In this document: positions 40,704-55,015 of the stretch, in pieces
Numbering within the stretch: the stretch's first letter is position 1
Layout of the letters: each line of letters opens with the position of its first letter
Source of the DNA: the human T2T-CHM13v2.0 reference genome, Homo sapiens
Length of the DNA stretch: 64,000 bases
Assembly: GCF_009914755.1 (NCBI RefSeq)
Contig: NC_060938.1
Reading direction: 5' to 3' (one strand)
Program-made: the position numbers and the translations under genes
The notes under the pieces: generated by a model
What the model was told of the DNA's origin: nothing
Seen by the model: the letters and a program-made list of their open reading frames with translations, nothing else
Database searches by the model: none

Positions 40704-41005
40704 TTGAATTGGTATATTTTAAATAGAACCTTGTAGACTGAGAAGGCCCTACTCTGGTGAAGACTGTGTACAAGGAATTCCAGGAGAACATCACTGGGAT
40801 GGGAAAGCTCTTGCCTGTTTCACAAAACTTAAAGACAGCCAATGTGCATTGAACTTTTATGAGAAATAACTATGTTTGGAAAATTAGGCAGGAAATAGAT
40901 CTTTGTGGATCTTAGTCCGGTAACTAGTACTGATTATTTTACCAGCTACAATTTTTAAGAACAGATATGACACAAAACAATTTGTGTTTATAGACGATAA
41001 CTATT
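40704..41005 (-). mobile_element. L2 fragment (continues at 43390 after the L1 insertion)
   Basis: gaattccagg...gggaaagctcttg...tttaagaacagatatgacac...atttgtgttt. Confidence 0.55.
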
Positions 41006-42074
41006 TCTTTAGTTTAATTAGATCTCATTTGTCTATTTTGGCTTTTGTTGCCATTGCTTTTGGTGTTTTCGTCATGAAGTCTTTGCCCATGCCTATGTCC
41101 TGAATGGTATTGCCTAGGTTTTCTTCTAGGGTTTTTATGGTTTTAGGTCTTATGATTAAGTCTTTCATCCATCTTGAGTTAATTTTTGTATAAGGTGTAA
41201 TGAAGGGATCCAGTTTCAGCTTTCTACATATGGCCACCCAGTTGTCCCAACATCATTTGTTAAATAGAGAATCCTTTCCTCATTGCTTGCTTTTGTCAGG
41301 TTTGTCAAAGACAGATCGTTGTAGATGTGTGGTGTTATTTCTGAGGCCTCTGTTCTGTTCCATTTGTCTATCTCTCTGTTTTAGTACCAGTACTGTGCTG
41401 TTTTGATTACTGCAGCCTTGTAGTATAGTTTGAAGTCACGTAGAGTGATGTCTCCAGCTTTATTCTTTTCGCTTAGGATTGTCTTGGCTATGCGGGCTTT
41501 TATTTGGTTCCATATCAAATTTAAAATAGTTTTCTCTAATTCTGTCAAGAAAGTCAATGGTAGCTTGATGGGGATAGCATTGAATCTGTAAATTACTTTG
41601 GGTAGTATGGCCATTTTCACGATATTGATTCTTCCTATCCATGAGCATGGAATGTTTTTCCATTTGTTTGTGTCCTCTTTTATTTCATTGAGCAGTGGTT
41701 TGTAGTTCTCCTTGAAGAGGTCCTTCACATCCCTTGTAAGTTGGAATCCTAGGTATTTTATTCTCTTTGTAGAAATTGTGAATGGGAGTTCACTCATGAT
41801 TTGGTTCTCTGATTGTCTATTATTGGTGTAGAGGAGTGCTTGTGATTTTTGCACCATGATTTCGTATCCTGAGACTTTGCTGAAGTTACTTATCAGCTTA
41901 AGGAGATTTTGCGCTGAGACAACAAGGTTTTGTAAATATACAATCATGTCATCTGTGAACAGTGACAATTTGATTTCTTCTTTTCCTATTTGAATACCCC
42001 TATATTTCTTTCTCTTGCCTGATTGTCCTGGCCATAACTTCCAATACTATGCTGAATACGAGTGGTGAGAGAGG

Positions 42075-42076
<2 letters not shown>
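41006..42076 (-). mobile_element. L1PA7-like inverted 5' segment (ORF2 remnant)
   Basis: ORFs 41381-41968 and 41025-41237 translate to L1 ORF2p ([27 protein letters not shown]). Confidence 0.95.
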
Positions 42077-43384
<1,308 letters not shown>

Positions 43385-43389
43385 GATAA

Positions 43390-44120
43390 CTGCTTCTTTG
43401 TGGAAGGACTGGAAGAAAACAAGAGTGGAAACAAGTAAACTATAGAAGTAGATTGGAAGAGGTAGTAGCAAGTGGAGACATATTTTGGAGATAAAATGAG
43501 TTATCAAAATGATTTGCTGATATATGGCCTCAGAGAATAGGTAAATGATGATTACCAAGTCCCTGATTTGAGCCACTGTGTGGACATTGATGCCAGTTAA
43601 TGAAATGAATGGTTGGAAGTTATATATTTCTTGATACTAGAATACAAAAAAGACATTTGAATTAGAAATACCAATTTGAGGCCAGGCGTGGTGGCTCACG
43701 CCTGTAATCCCAGCAGTTTGGGAGGCTTAGGCAGGTGGATCACGAGGTCAGGAGATTGAGACCATCCTGCCTAACACGGTGAAACCCCATGTCTACTAAA
43801 AATACAAAAAAAAAAAAAAAAAATTAGCTGGGTGTGATGGCACGTGCCTGTAATCCGTTACTCAGGAGGCTGAGGCAGGAGAGTCGCTTGAACCTGGGAG
43901 GCGGAGGTTGGAGTGAGCCGAGATCGCGCCACTGCACTCCAACAAACAAACAAACAAAACCACGATTTGGCAATAATCAGCATTTAGATGGCATTTATGA
44001 CCAAGGGAATAATTGACGTGTCCTAGAAAGAATGTAGAAAAATAACAGAGGAGGATCCAGGATTTGATTTTGAAAAACTCCAGTTTTTAAAAGTAGATAG
44101 GAAGAAAGAGGCTAAGAAAA
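43390..44120 (-). mobile_element. L2 fragment interrupted by Alu
   Basis: gagacatattttggag, gatgattaccaagt, cagcatttagatgg. Confidence 0.6.
43680..43959 (+). mobile_element. AluSc/Y-like lacking terminal ~25 nt
   Basis: actgcactcca joined directly to (AAAC)n tail; expanded middle A tract. Confidence 0.93.
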
Positions 44121-44149
44121 ATGTCACCACACATGACGTCTTATTTTTC

Positions 44150-44780
44150 TACATCTACATTTTGTACGCTAACACCTCCATAATTTGTTTGGCAAACTCT
44201 TATTCCTCCTTTGTAGTATAATTCACATATTATCTCCACTGTCATACCTTCTCTGCCTCTATCAGAGAATTAATGGTTTTCTCATATGTAAAGCTGTTAC
44301 CTATACTACAAATAATGACAATTATTTAAGCAACATTTATCACATGATTATTAAATAACAAATGCACATTAATAGGTGGTTGATGCATTATCTCAACCTT
44401 CATTACAACAACTCTTTGAGGGAAGAATTATACTATTTACAGATGAGAAACCTAAAGTAACTTAACAACTAGTTACTGATGGAGCTGGGAGTTGAGTTCA
44501 GGTTGTTAGCAGTGGAAGTCTATTTATGTAATAACTACATTGTTTTATACAAACCTAGTATTTTACTTTCACACTGTACCATATTTCTTTACATAAGTAA
44601 GTATAAACATGACAAATAAAAAACAGGAATCTAAACAGAAATTTAAATTATACTTATTTGTTTTTTTCTTTGTCTTTTTCCTTTACTAAACAGTGAGCAA
44701 TTCATGGCTTATTAAGTTTTGTAGGTTCCATACCAGCATGATGACACTAAATTAATATTTGCTGTATGATTAAATAAATA
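44150..44780 (+). mobile_element. degenerate L2 3' end with nested antisense MIR (~44310-44540)
   Basis: ggcaaactcttattcctcc; tttacagatgagaaacct; aatatttgctg. Confidence 0.5.
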
Positions 44781-46177
44781 TAGATTCTCAATTTTAAGAG
44801 TGAATTCTTATAAAATTTTAAGTTCTTCTGCTTAATCTCTTATTTGCATATCTATATACTCACTTGCTCAATGTTAGATGTGGAATCCAAATTTGGTAAA
44901 TGGAATTTGGGATATAAGTTTTCAGTAAGTTTATTAGACCTGAGCTATCTTTTGTGCATCTTCTGTATACTGAAATTACTTTTTCCAAGATACATCGCTA
45001 AAATATCCTGCTGGTTGTTTATTAAATTATTTTCTGTAATTTGTTCTCAGTTGTTGTTTCATGCAATTTGTTCAGGCCTATCTTTTTTTTTTTTCTGGCT
45101 TCCCCACCATTTTGAAGTAGTCTTCTGTTACTAAGAATTTAATTTCATGCTGCTCTCAAGTATCTTGAATGGAGACCAAAATGTGTGTGAATTCTGGAAT
45201 GGTAAAATACTAATTTTGTATAATTTATGAAAGATAACTGTGTTAAATGTTCTTTGCTGTAAAAATTCAATAAAAAGGATAAATATTCTTTTAAAATAAT
45301 ATTAATTCAGCAAACTACCTTTTATTGTTAAAATTATGAAAGACTAGTTTAAAGTGGACTAGAATTATTACTGAATTAAAAGACAAATTGTATCTATTTT
45401 AACAATGACTGGGTTCGGCTTCAGAAAGGTTGACATCATTAAAATGTTTTACTTTGTCAGGCAATTTCCAATGAGACTATTTCTGTTATTAAGAAGCTTT
45501 CATTGCCTTGACACACTTTCCAAAATGCATGCTAAGTGTTTTCCTCTATAAATTAAATCAAAACATTTCAAAACAAAATATTTCCATGTAATGTAATATT
45601 ACACAATCACAAGGAATGTATCAATTATTTCAAACTTACAAAGTAGCAGCTTTTTCTATGTTATTTGAAGGACAGTTTCACACCCCAGGGATACTAAGAT
45701 CTAAGCTGGGATTCCCACTTAGCAGGAGATTTTGGGGTACAGGGATAAGTCATGGAAGGCAATTTTGTATTACTTCAAGTGGGCTTTGATGTGGAAATAA
45801 ATTTTAAATTGAGCAATCTCATTTTACCAAGTACGTCATTTGATACCAGTCAAATTTCCACATTTTTTTTACCCAAAGAAATGAATTGATACCTGCATCA
45901 TAACTTAACCATTTTCTAAGGATACTTTGTATCTGGCAAGAGGGGAGTTGCTCCTCATTTTATGTATGCTCTAAATATCTATACCCCAGATAGTTCTATC
46001 ATCTGGAATACAGCAAGTCATTTATTGATTTTATATTTTGTGTTTTGACAGGATTAATTTTTTTTATTTCACCCTTTTGACCCTTTGCTTACCTTTAAAC
46101 TAGCTCTCTTACCGGGCACACAAAGGAACAAATGTATTTACAATATCTAATTATTACTTGTTATCCTCTTCCTTCAT

Positions 46178-46485
46178 TTTGTTTGTTTGTTTGTTTTTGA
46201 GACAGAGTCTCGCTCTGTCGCCCAGGCTGGAGTGCAGTGGTGCAATCTTGGCTCACTGCAACCTCTGCCTCCCAGATTCAAGCGATTCTGCTACCTCAGC
46301 CACCCTCCTGAGTAGCTGGGATTACAGGTGCTTGCTACCATGCCCAGCTAATTTTTGTATTTTTTTAGTAGAGATGGGCTTTCACTGTGTTGTCCAGGCT
46401 GTCTTGAACTCCTGACCTCAAGTGATCCATGCACCTCAGCCTCCCAAAGTGCTGGGATTACAGGCATGAGCCACCGCACCCAGGC
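46178..46485 (-). mobile_element. AluS (Sz/Sx-like)
   Basis: full dimer; approximate TSD ttcctt(c/a)attt. Confidence 0.96.
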
Positions 46486-46729
46486 TTCCTTAATTTCTTT
46501 TCACTTTTTTGAAATCTGCTTCACATCCTCACAATGTACTTTCGTCTTCCCATTCGTTGAATACACTGGTCTATGTTTGCATACCTGGAATCTTTATTAT
46601 AGTCAACCATGTAATGAAACCTTAACATTATAGAATCTATGATCTCTTTAATTTCATGAACCTCTCCAGACCTATTATTATTATCATTACCTGGAAAATT
46701 CTCCACTTTTTATGTCCTATACTTTGTGC

Positions 46730-47810
46730 CCAAGCTGGATAGCTGTGTGTATGAGTATTGTTAACTATGCACATAAAGCCCACTATAAATGCATGTTAAC
46801 TAATTTTGACTAGATCCACATCGGAACAATTATTTGTATGTCTCAGAAAATGTTCAATTTCCCATTAAATTTTCCATCACAATGAGTTCAAAAATGTTTA
46901 CAGCCTGAAAAACCCAAACTTATGTTTGTTCTCATCATGCATAGATAACAAAGTATCCATTTCCTGTGTTTAAAATCAAAAGCATTTAAATTATATTCTG
47001 CCATGTGCTATTCTCCATTTGTTAAAATATATCTGTGTATTTCACTATTATTTCATACTTAGATTCTTTCTCAGAGGAAAGGGTCTTCCTCCTACCCTGT
47101 GAGCTAGATCATGTCCCCATGCTCCTATTATGTTCCCTCTTCTTTTCCTTGTGAATTATTACCTTTCCTTGCATCATCAATCTCACTCCGTTAGATTATC
47201 TCCACTTGTCTACAAAGATACTTAAGTATCTTCTAGCCTAAAAATACTTCTATTTCTTCAATTTCCTTCTCTTTTTATTTACTATACAAATATCAAGGAG
47301 ACAACTTTCCATTTGTAGATTTCTCTTTTCCACACTCAATTGCCTTTCTTTTCCCATCACTCTTCAGATACTGCTTTCTTGAAAATGACTAATGACTCTC
47401 TGGAGTGTTTGACCCTTTTCCAACTGAGTCTTCTCCATGCCATGCCTTTCCTTGGCTCTCTAATATCACCTTCTTCCACCTCTCTGATAATTATTTTTTT
47501 CCATCTTCTTTTTTTATTCTTCACTACTATTGTCCTTTAAAAGAGGCAAACCATGCAAATAAACATAGATAAACTAAATAAAACAGGCAAACCTTAAAAG
47601 AGAAAAACCATGAATCTGTTCTCAGCCCATCTCTACTTTTTTTCATCATTTTTGTCTTTCTTGATACATGACCGTTATGTATATGTGTCAATCATTTCTT
47701 CATAAGTAATGTCCAGATCACTAGGTCCAGGTCTAAATGCCAGGCGTGACTCTTCAACTACTTGCTGAATGCATTACACATAGGTTTCAAAACTTCTAAC
47801 CTATTAAAAC
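46730..47810 (+). mobile_element. degenerate L2 internal region
   Basis: gcatcatcaatctc, actgctttcttgaaaatgactaatgac. Confidence 0.55.
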
Positions 47811-49054
47811 ATTTAAGGTTTTTTATTATCTGCCTATAATGTGAATGCTATGTACATTTTGTAGTAAGTAACCCCTTTATGCAGTTGACACTCTTAAATT
47901 GAATAATTTTGCCTCTCTCTAAGTATGTCTTGTCTTTACTTTCTGTTTGCTCCTGTATTTTCTTCCCTCTGTGATACACTTTAGTATTCCTAGCTTTTCA
48001 TAGGTGAGTGCACATCATATGTTTCTTACCTTGAATTCTTCCTTAACAGGATGGGATATTCCTTTCCTCTAAACTCTCAAATGTTTTCTTAGCCTTTTCA
48101 TGCTTCTGATCTGTGCAGACTGGTCAGATCTCAAGGTTTAAGTGAAGAGTATCAGTTTCACCTGCTGAATTCTATTGCTATTGTGTTGTTTGTGTTTGGA
48201 ACTCAGCCTCTGGAACAGTGATTCCTAGAGTTTAGAAAAAGTTTTCTTACCCAAGTTTATATCCTTCCAAAGCATCTAACATAGCACCTTTTTCTTTCCC
48301 AAAGAGACATTTAATATAAATACTCAGAGTACATAAATATTGTTTGCTACGCATGAAATTCTTAGCATTTAGTTTAGAAAAACTAAAATTGTTTTTTCTT
48401 TCCTCATCCCTACTTGATGCTTGTTTTGTACATAACTCTCCAAATTTGATATTGTGACTATTCTTTTCCCTCCTACCAATGGAAATGCTATTAAAAATAC
48501 ATCAACACCTATTACCCTTTCCCATAAAACATCCTGAATGTAAGTATGCAGTTAATTGTGTTATCTGGCTTTTCAAATGGAAAATAATCCAAACAGAGTG
48601 TTTAACTAGTTGATTATCTATGGCTGAGTCCTGGAAAGGTATGGGCCTCATCCACACTATGTCTAATAGAACACCGTATTGCGGGAGACATGTTATTTTT
48701 AGGTGAGTACAGCTTCACAAGTTTTAATTTAAAGAGTTTTGGTGCAGGATGTCTTAAAATCAATAAATGCTTGCAAATTGTGGAGCTGCTAGTTTGGCTA
48801 CAGAATAAAAAATGTAATGGGAAAATGACTGTAACAGAGCAATAATCATAAAGTTTATTATATACCCAAAACAAAGTGATGAAATAAGAAAAGACTCTCC
48901 AAAATGAAAAGATATTAAAATTTTCATTGACACAGACCTAGTAATAAAGCTTAGAGCATGACTATTGAGGTCTTATACTGACAGGAATACACGTCTTCAA
49001 AGAAATTGTGTAGAGGATGCTTTAATAATTGTAACTTATTCTGTAGATGGTACC

Positions 49055-49589
49055 TGAATTAGGGTTCTCTAAAGGGACAGAACTAATAGGTTAGATGATA
49101 GGGAGTTTATCAGGGCAAATTGACTCACATGATCACAAGGCGAAGTCCCACAAGGCTGTCTGCAAGCTGAGGAGATGGGAATTCAGTCCAAGTCCCAAAA
49201 TCTGAAAGGCAAGGAGGCTGACAGTGCAGCCTTTAGTCTGTGGCCAAACGCCCGAGAGGCCCTGGCAAACCACTAGTGTAAATCTAAAAGTCCAAAAGCT
49301 GAAGAACTTGGAGTCTGATGTTTGAGGGCAGGGAGCATCCAGCACAAGAGAAAGATGAAGTCTGGAAGGCTCAGCAAGTCAAGTCCTTTCGTGCTCTTCT
49401 GCCTGCTTTATTCTAGACCCGCTGGCAACTGATTAGATGGTGCCCACCAAGATTGAGGGTGGGTCTGCCTTTCCCAGTCCACTGACTGAAATGTTAATCT
49501 CCTTTGGCAACACCTTCACAGACACACCCAAGATTAATACTTTGCATCCTTCAATACAATCAAGTTGACACTCAATATTAACCATCACA
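49055..49589 (-). mobile_element. MLT2A2-like ERVL solo LTR
   Basis: gggttctctaaagggacagaactaatagg...caagttgacactcaatattaaccatcaca. Confidence 0.92.
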
Positions 49590-50351
49590 ATACTTTATAA
49601 GTTGCTGTGGATTACATGAGAGAAAATGCCAAGTGGTGTACATTAAGGATGAAAAATAAAACCATTTTAATCTTAAAACCATAAGTCATAAAGAAGAACT
49701 GATTTCTACGAACTTACTCTTGTACTTAGCAGTGAATAGGAGCATTGCAATTATTACAAACTTTATTTGGTATAATTCCTGAAGTTACTTATACATTGAT
49801 TGAGAAGCTTTTCAAAAAGTCGGTGTACCCTTGCTGTGAACAAAGTAAACCATTTTTTATTTTTGCGGTTCAATTGTTTCTGAGATTAGGATAATTTTTA
49901 CAATAATATTATAACAAAAATATTTATATTTTTCTGGTTATCTTTAAAAGTAAGGTACATATACATTATAAAACGTAGTTTCCTTTGGGCTGTTGTGTTA
50001 AACAACACAATAGTACGATGAATTCATGACATAGTGGTGCTATTTTTAGGAACTTTGATTTCAGGAATTATATTTCTTAACTAAAATATATTTGTAGGGC
50101 CAATTTCTTTCATTAACCATTCCTTTTTAACATTTAAGGACACTCTACCTATTGCTATTTTGTAGACATTAACATGGATCCCATACACTCATTTAAACAG
50201 GCGTATGTCAAGTGGCTTTAAAAGTCCCTTTTCCCATGGATAAAAGGGTTTTCTTTTAAATGCAATGATTCAGAAGGCTACCTCCACTCACCATCTCACC
50301 CTATATGTGTAATAAGATTTATGTGAGATAGGTATTCTAATATGTTAGCCC

Positions 50352-50590
50352 AGGGCAGTAATTAAATGATGTTCTCTGGGGTAAGGCTGTGTGGCTTCAA
50401 TTCGCAGCTCTGCCATTTACTAGTTGTTTGGTTTTGAGAACACTCTTTAGCTTCTTTATGTTTCACTTTTTAAGTCTTTATATTTGTGGTAATGGTACCT
50501 GTCTCACAGTGTTGTGGTGAGGACTGAATGAGTTATTGAATGTGTCTGGCCCAGTCTAGCCACTTAATATGTATTAACTATGTTTACCAT
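50352..50590 (+). mobile_element. MIR SINE
   Basis: cagctctgccatttactag...gttgtggtgaggactgaatgag. Confidence 0.8.
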
Positions 50591-50619
50591 TATCAAGTGA
50601 GAAATGTATAAAATATTTT

Positions 50620-50800
50620 ATTAATTCACTAATTCAAGAAATATTTGTATTCTTGTTAATATAGGTACTGTTCTAGACACTGTCACTGCCCTCAAGATGT
50701 CAACAGTTCACAAAAAATGGCCAAGATAAACAATTATAAAAAAGAGTAATAAAGTGCTAAATAAAAGCTGCACTTAGGGTAGTATAGCAGAACAAAGGAA
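50620..50800 (-). mobile_element. L2 3' fragment
   Basis: attcaagaaatatttg...ggtactgttctagacact...ctgccctcaag. Confidence 0.6.
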
Positions 50801-51405
50801 TTTTGACTACAAAAGTATATACATTAATAGTAACAAGAATTGGACTGCAAGATCAGAATTTGACACAACTGACATCAATAAATTTTAACAAAAAGAACCA
50901 AACATTTTTAAGAAGAGTGTATCTGACAATTTATGCATTTTTTTCTGAGAAAATAGAATAAAAGGCTACAATTCTACTACTTAAGTAATAATGGCCCTCA
51001 TTATTGATTTATGTAATCCTTACATTAAAGGAAAAAGGCTTTAAAATTTTTAGAAATAGTAAGCATGCATTTTAGATTCAAATCATACACTAATTTCATC
51101 TCCTACACATATAATATTCCATACTATGGCAGGTGGATAACAATTATTCTGCCGAGTTCCTACGTACCGATACCTGGCATTATGATGAAGATTTGCTTTC
51201 ACTTTTTACAAATACCATCAAATCCCGCAGGACAGAAATAAGTTTTCAGTGGTCATTATTGTACTTGCTTCATCACCACCTCTCACATTGTTTATTTAAA
51301 GAAGTGGCAACAACAGACATAAATATCAGGGTGATTAAGTGTTTTATATTTTTAATAATTCATATTTGTTTCTCCTTTCTTGGGAAAATAATGTGCCTGT
51401 TGTTT

Positions 51406-51453
51406 GTTTGTTTGTTTGTTTGTTTGTTTGTTTCTTTCTTTCTTTTCTTTCTT

Positions 51454-51490
<37 letters not shown>

Positions 51491-51834
51491 TTTCTTTCTT
51501 TTCTTTCTTGACCAAGTTTCACTCTGTTGCCCTTTCTTTCTTTCTTCTTTCTTTTCTTTCTTGACCAAGTTTCACTCTGTTGCCCAGGCTGTAGTGCAGT
51601 GGTGTGATCTCAGCTCACTGCAACCTCCACCACCCAAGTTCAAGCAATTTTTCTAACTCCTGAGTAGCTGGGATTGCAGCCACACACTACTATGCCTGGC
51701 TAATTTTTGTATCTTTAGTAGAGATGGGGTTTCAACATATTGGCCAGGCTGGTCTTGAGCTCCTGAACTCGTGATCCACCTGCCTAGGACTCCCAAAGTG
51801 CTGGGATTACAGGCGTGAGCCACCGTGCCCGGCT
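51406..51834 (-). mobile_element. AluS with expanded microsatellite tail and duplicated 3' end
   Basis: TSD tgcctgttgttt at 51394-51405 and 51834-51845. Confidence 0.95.
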
Positions 51835-51859
51835 GCCTGTTGTTTCTTAAAAACCAAGA

Positions 51860-52292
51860 TGGCACATATACACCATGGAATACTATGCAGGCATAAGACA
51901 GGATGAGTTTATGTCCTTTGCAGGGTCATGGATGAAGCTGGAAACCATCATTCTCAGCAAACTATCACAAGGACAGAAAACCAAACACCGCATATTCTCA
52001 CACATAAGTGGTTATTGAACAATGAGATCACTTGACACAGGGCGGGGAACCTCACACACGGGGGCCTGTCAAGGAGTGGGGGACTGGGGGAGGGATAGCA
52101 TTAGGAGAAATACCTAATGTAAATGATGAGTTGATGGGTGAAGCAAACCAACATGGCACAGGTATACCTGTGAATCAAACCTGCATGTTGTGCACATGTA
52201 CCCTAGAACTTAAAGTATATATATAAAAAAATTTTTTTAGAAGCCAGAATTTCAGTAGCTGCCCCTCCCCCCACCAAAAAAAAAAAAAAAAA
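51860..52292 (+). mobile_element. L1PA5-7-like 3' end carrying a 44-nt 3' transduction
   Basis: TSD aaaa(a/g)ccaagatg at 51849-51861 and 52289-52301 encloses L1, extra sequence and a second A tail. Confidence 0.9.
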
Positions 52293-53079
52293 GCCAAGAT
52301 GACTACTGTTCCATGGATGGTACATACACATGCTAAAATCGTCCAAAAGTTCAAATGGTGTGCATGGATATTTGCAATGTTTTTATTAAACCTATGTTAG
52401 GAGCTTATCTAGTTGAAAGTTTTGTTTCCTTCAAACACTACATTTGATTAGGAATGCAGCCTAATAATATCTCAGTCCAAGATGGATATATAATTTTTAT
52501 TTTCGGGTTTATTATTGTGAAAAATGATTCCAAACTTTGCCCAAGAAAACAAGCTTTCCTTTAAGATCCCACTGGTTATTAGCTATATGATTTAGTTTTT
52601 TAAACATAAGTTTGACTTCAGATTTATTTCAACACACACAAAATTTTTAAATAGAATTAATTTTTTGAGAAGAATCCTCTCAAAAGGCTCAGGAGATAGA
52701 TGTCATGACATTTTACAAAAATTAAACCTCTGAGTACTTAAGAAACTTAACTCTGATTTTTTATCGCAACACTTTGTATGGCCAAAAATAGAATCTAAGA
52801 TATGTATAAGTTGAACTTTTAAGAAGAAAACTCACTGTCTAACATGTTCTAGAATTCCATCCATGATATACTTGATTTTTTGGATATTTGTTTGTTTAAT
52901 TTTGTTTTGTAAACATTGCATTTTTGGCACTTACAGTGAGAACATAAAACCAATTTACATTGTTTATATTATAACTATGAATATATAGTTGACCTGGCAT
53001 AGGAAAATCTTTTAGGAATGAGAGCAGTTATTATACTTTGCTAAGATGGGAGACAGATTTCTTCAATAAAAAACAAAAT

Positions 53080-53260
53080 CAACATTGCATTGGAAGTGAG
53101 ATCCCTGGACTGTAGTTACAATTTTACTACAGTATTACTAGGTTCTACTAGCTGAAGAAACTTGTTCTAATTATGTTAGTTTCCTTATTGTACACATAAT
53201 AAACTTACCTATTCTCCTATCTTTGGAGATGGTTTTAGAAGAAAAGGCACATGCTGTATG
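53080..53260 (+). mobile_element. degenerate MIR
   Basis: cattggaagtgag...agtttccttattgtac. Confidence 0.45.
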
Positions 53261-54195
53261 TTTCATGGGATAATAATGTAAAAATGACATATTTTTATGA
53301 TATCTGGAAAAAAATTAAAAAATAGCAAGATGATGATCTAGCCAACAATTAACAATGTGATATCTGTAACAAAAAGTCTCTTAGTGGTGAGCACTTACTT
53401 CCTCAATCATATCTTGAAGACAGAGGTAGTAAAATTATAGCAGGGTTTAAAAATTAGCTATTAACAATGAGAAACTGAGATAGTCAATCAAATCTAAAAA
53501 GAAGACTTCTCGTTAATTTTAAATGAAAAGCAAGATGTTTGATTTAGTTCCTGTATTTAGTTTACAGAAGTTTTTGTGGGTTGATGAAACTACTCTTTCA
53601 GTTATAATGGTTGTGGATTTTTTTTTGTTGTTGTTGTTGTTGTTTCATTTTATTTTGTTTTACCAAGAGCTAAGTAAATGGAATTCATTTTACTTACTTT
53701 TTAAGTTGGGGTAAAATCCAATTAAAAATTACACATTAAAGCTTTAAATGAATAATGTCAGTCTTTTCCAGCTTTGACTGGATCATTTAATTAAATATGT
53801 AAGGGGATTTAGGAATGAAATATCAAAATTAGCCATTTGCCTACTACAAATCATGTGAAAATAAGTTATTACTTTACATTATCTAAGTGCAAGAAGCAAG
53901 AAATGAATTTCAGAAAGATGCAGGTTTCTGCCTCTTGACTAATCTTACCTCCGAAATACAACAATACTTAAAATGACTAAAACAAACAAACAAAAAACAA
54001 AAACTATAACCCAGCGCCAGGAAATTAACCTTAATAATTGAAAAGCCTGACAAATCTCAAGTCCAACTACAATATTATTTCATCATAAGGGGAAGATTCT
54101 GGTACCCTGTAGAAGTTCCTTCCAAAGGTGGCATCTACGATATCATCTGAAGACAGGAAAACAAAATTACTGTCCTCAAATAAAAGTGGCATTTA

Positions 54196-54499
<304 letters not shown>

Positions 54500-54788
54500 G
54501 TTGCATTTGGAAAACGTGTGTTAAACTTTCATACCCCATAAGTAGCTTAAAGAAATGTTAAAGTGTAGAACAAAACTAATTCTGTAGAGTGAAAAATTAG
54601 TGGTGCTATAATCTTACTACCAAGAAGATCTTGAATTATAGTAAAATAAGAGATGATTGCAATATTAGAGAAAATGATGGAAATAGAAAAACAACAAGAA
54701 ATTTCTTAGGAAATGTAGCAGTTAGTAATTTGAAAATAATAATAAGAAGAAAAATGAAAGTTTTCTTGAAATGAAAGACCCTTTAGAC

Positions 54789-55015
54789 CAAGGGACAGAG
54801 AACTTTTTCTTTAAAGAGCCAGATAGTAAATATGTTAGGACTTGTCAGGTAGTCTCTGTCATAACTTCTAACTTCTTAACTCTGCCAATATAGCATGAAA
54901 GCAGCCATAGACGACATATTTAAAAATGATTGACCATAGCTGTGTTCCAATAAAACTTTATTATAACAAGAAGCACAAGCTAGATTTGGGCTCAGTCTAT
55001 ATTTTGTGGACTCTG
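54789..55015 (+). mobile_element. MER58A hAT-Charlie MITE
   Basis: gccagatagtaaatat...gcagccatagac...gctgtgttccaataaaacttta; degenerate 8-bp TSD ctttagac/cattacac. Confidence 0.88.

Noticed and set aside
40720-40870. Exon-like GC-raised segment between two L1s
   Set aside because: It resembles antisense L2 and continues at 43390 beyond the L1 TSD.
41381-41968. Longest ORF (195 aa) as a gene
   Set aside because: It is a decayed L1 ORF2 fragment inside a truncated, inverted L1.
51133-51656. 143-aa and 105-aa ORFs
   Set aside because: They are open mainly because they cross the stop-free pyrimidine microsatellite tail of an Alu.
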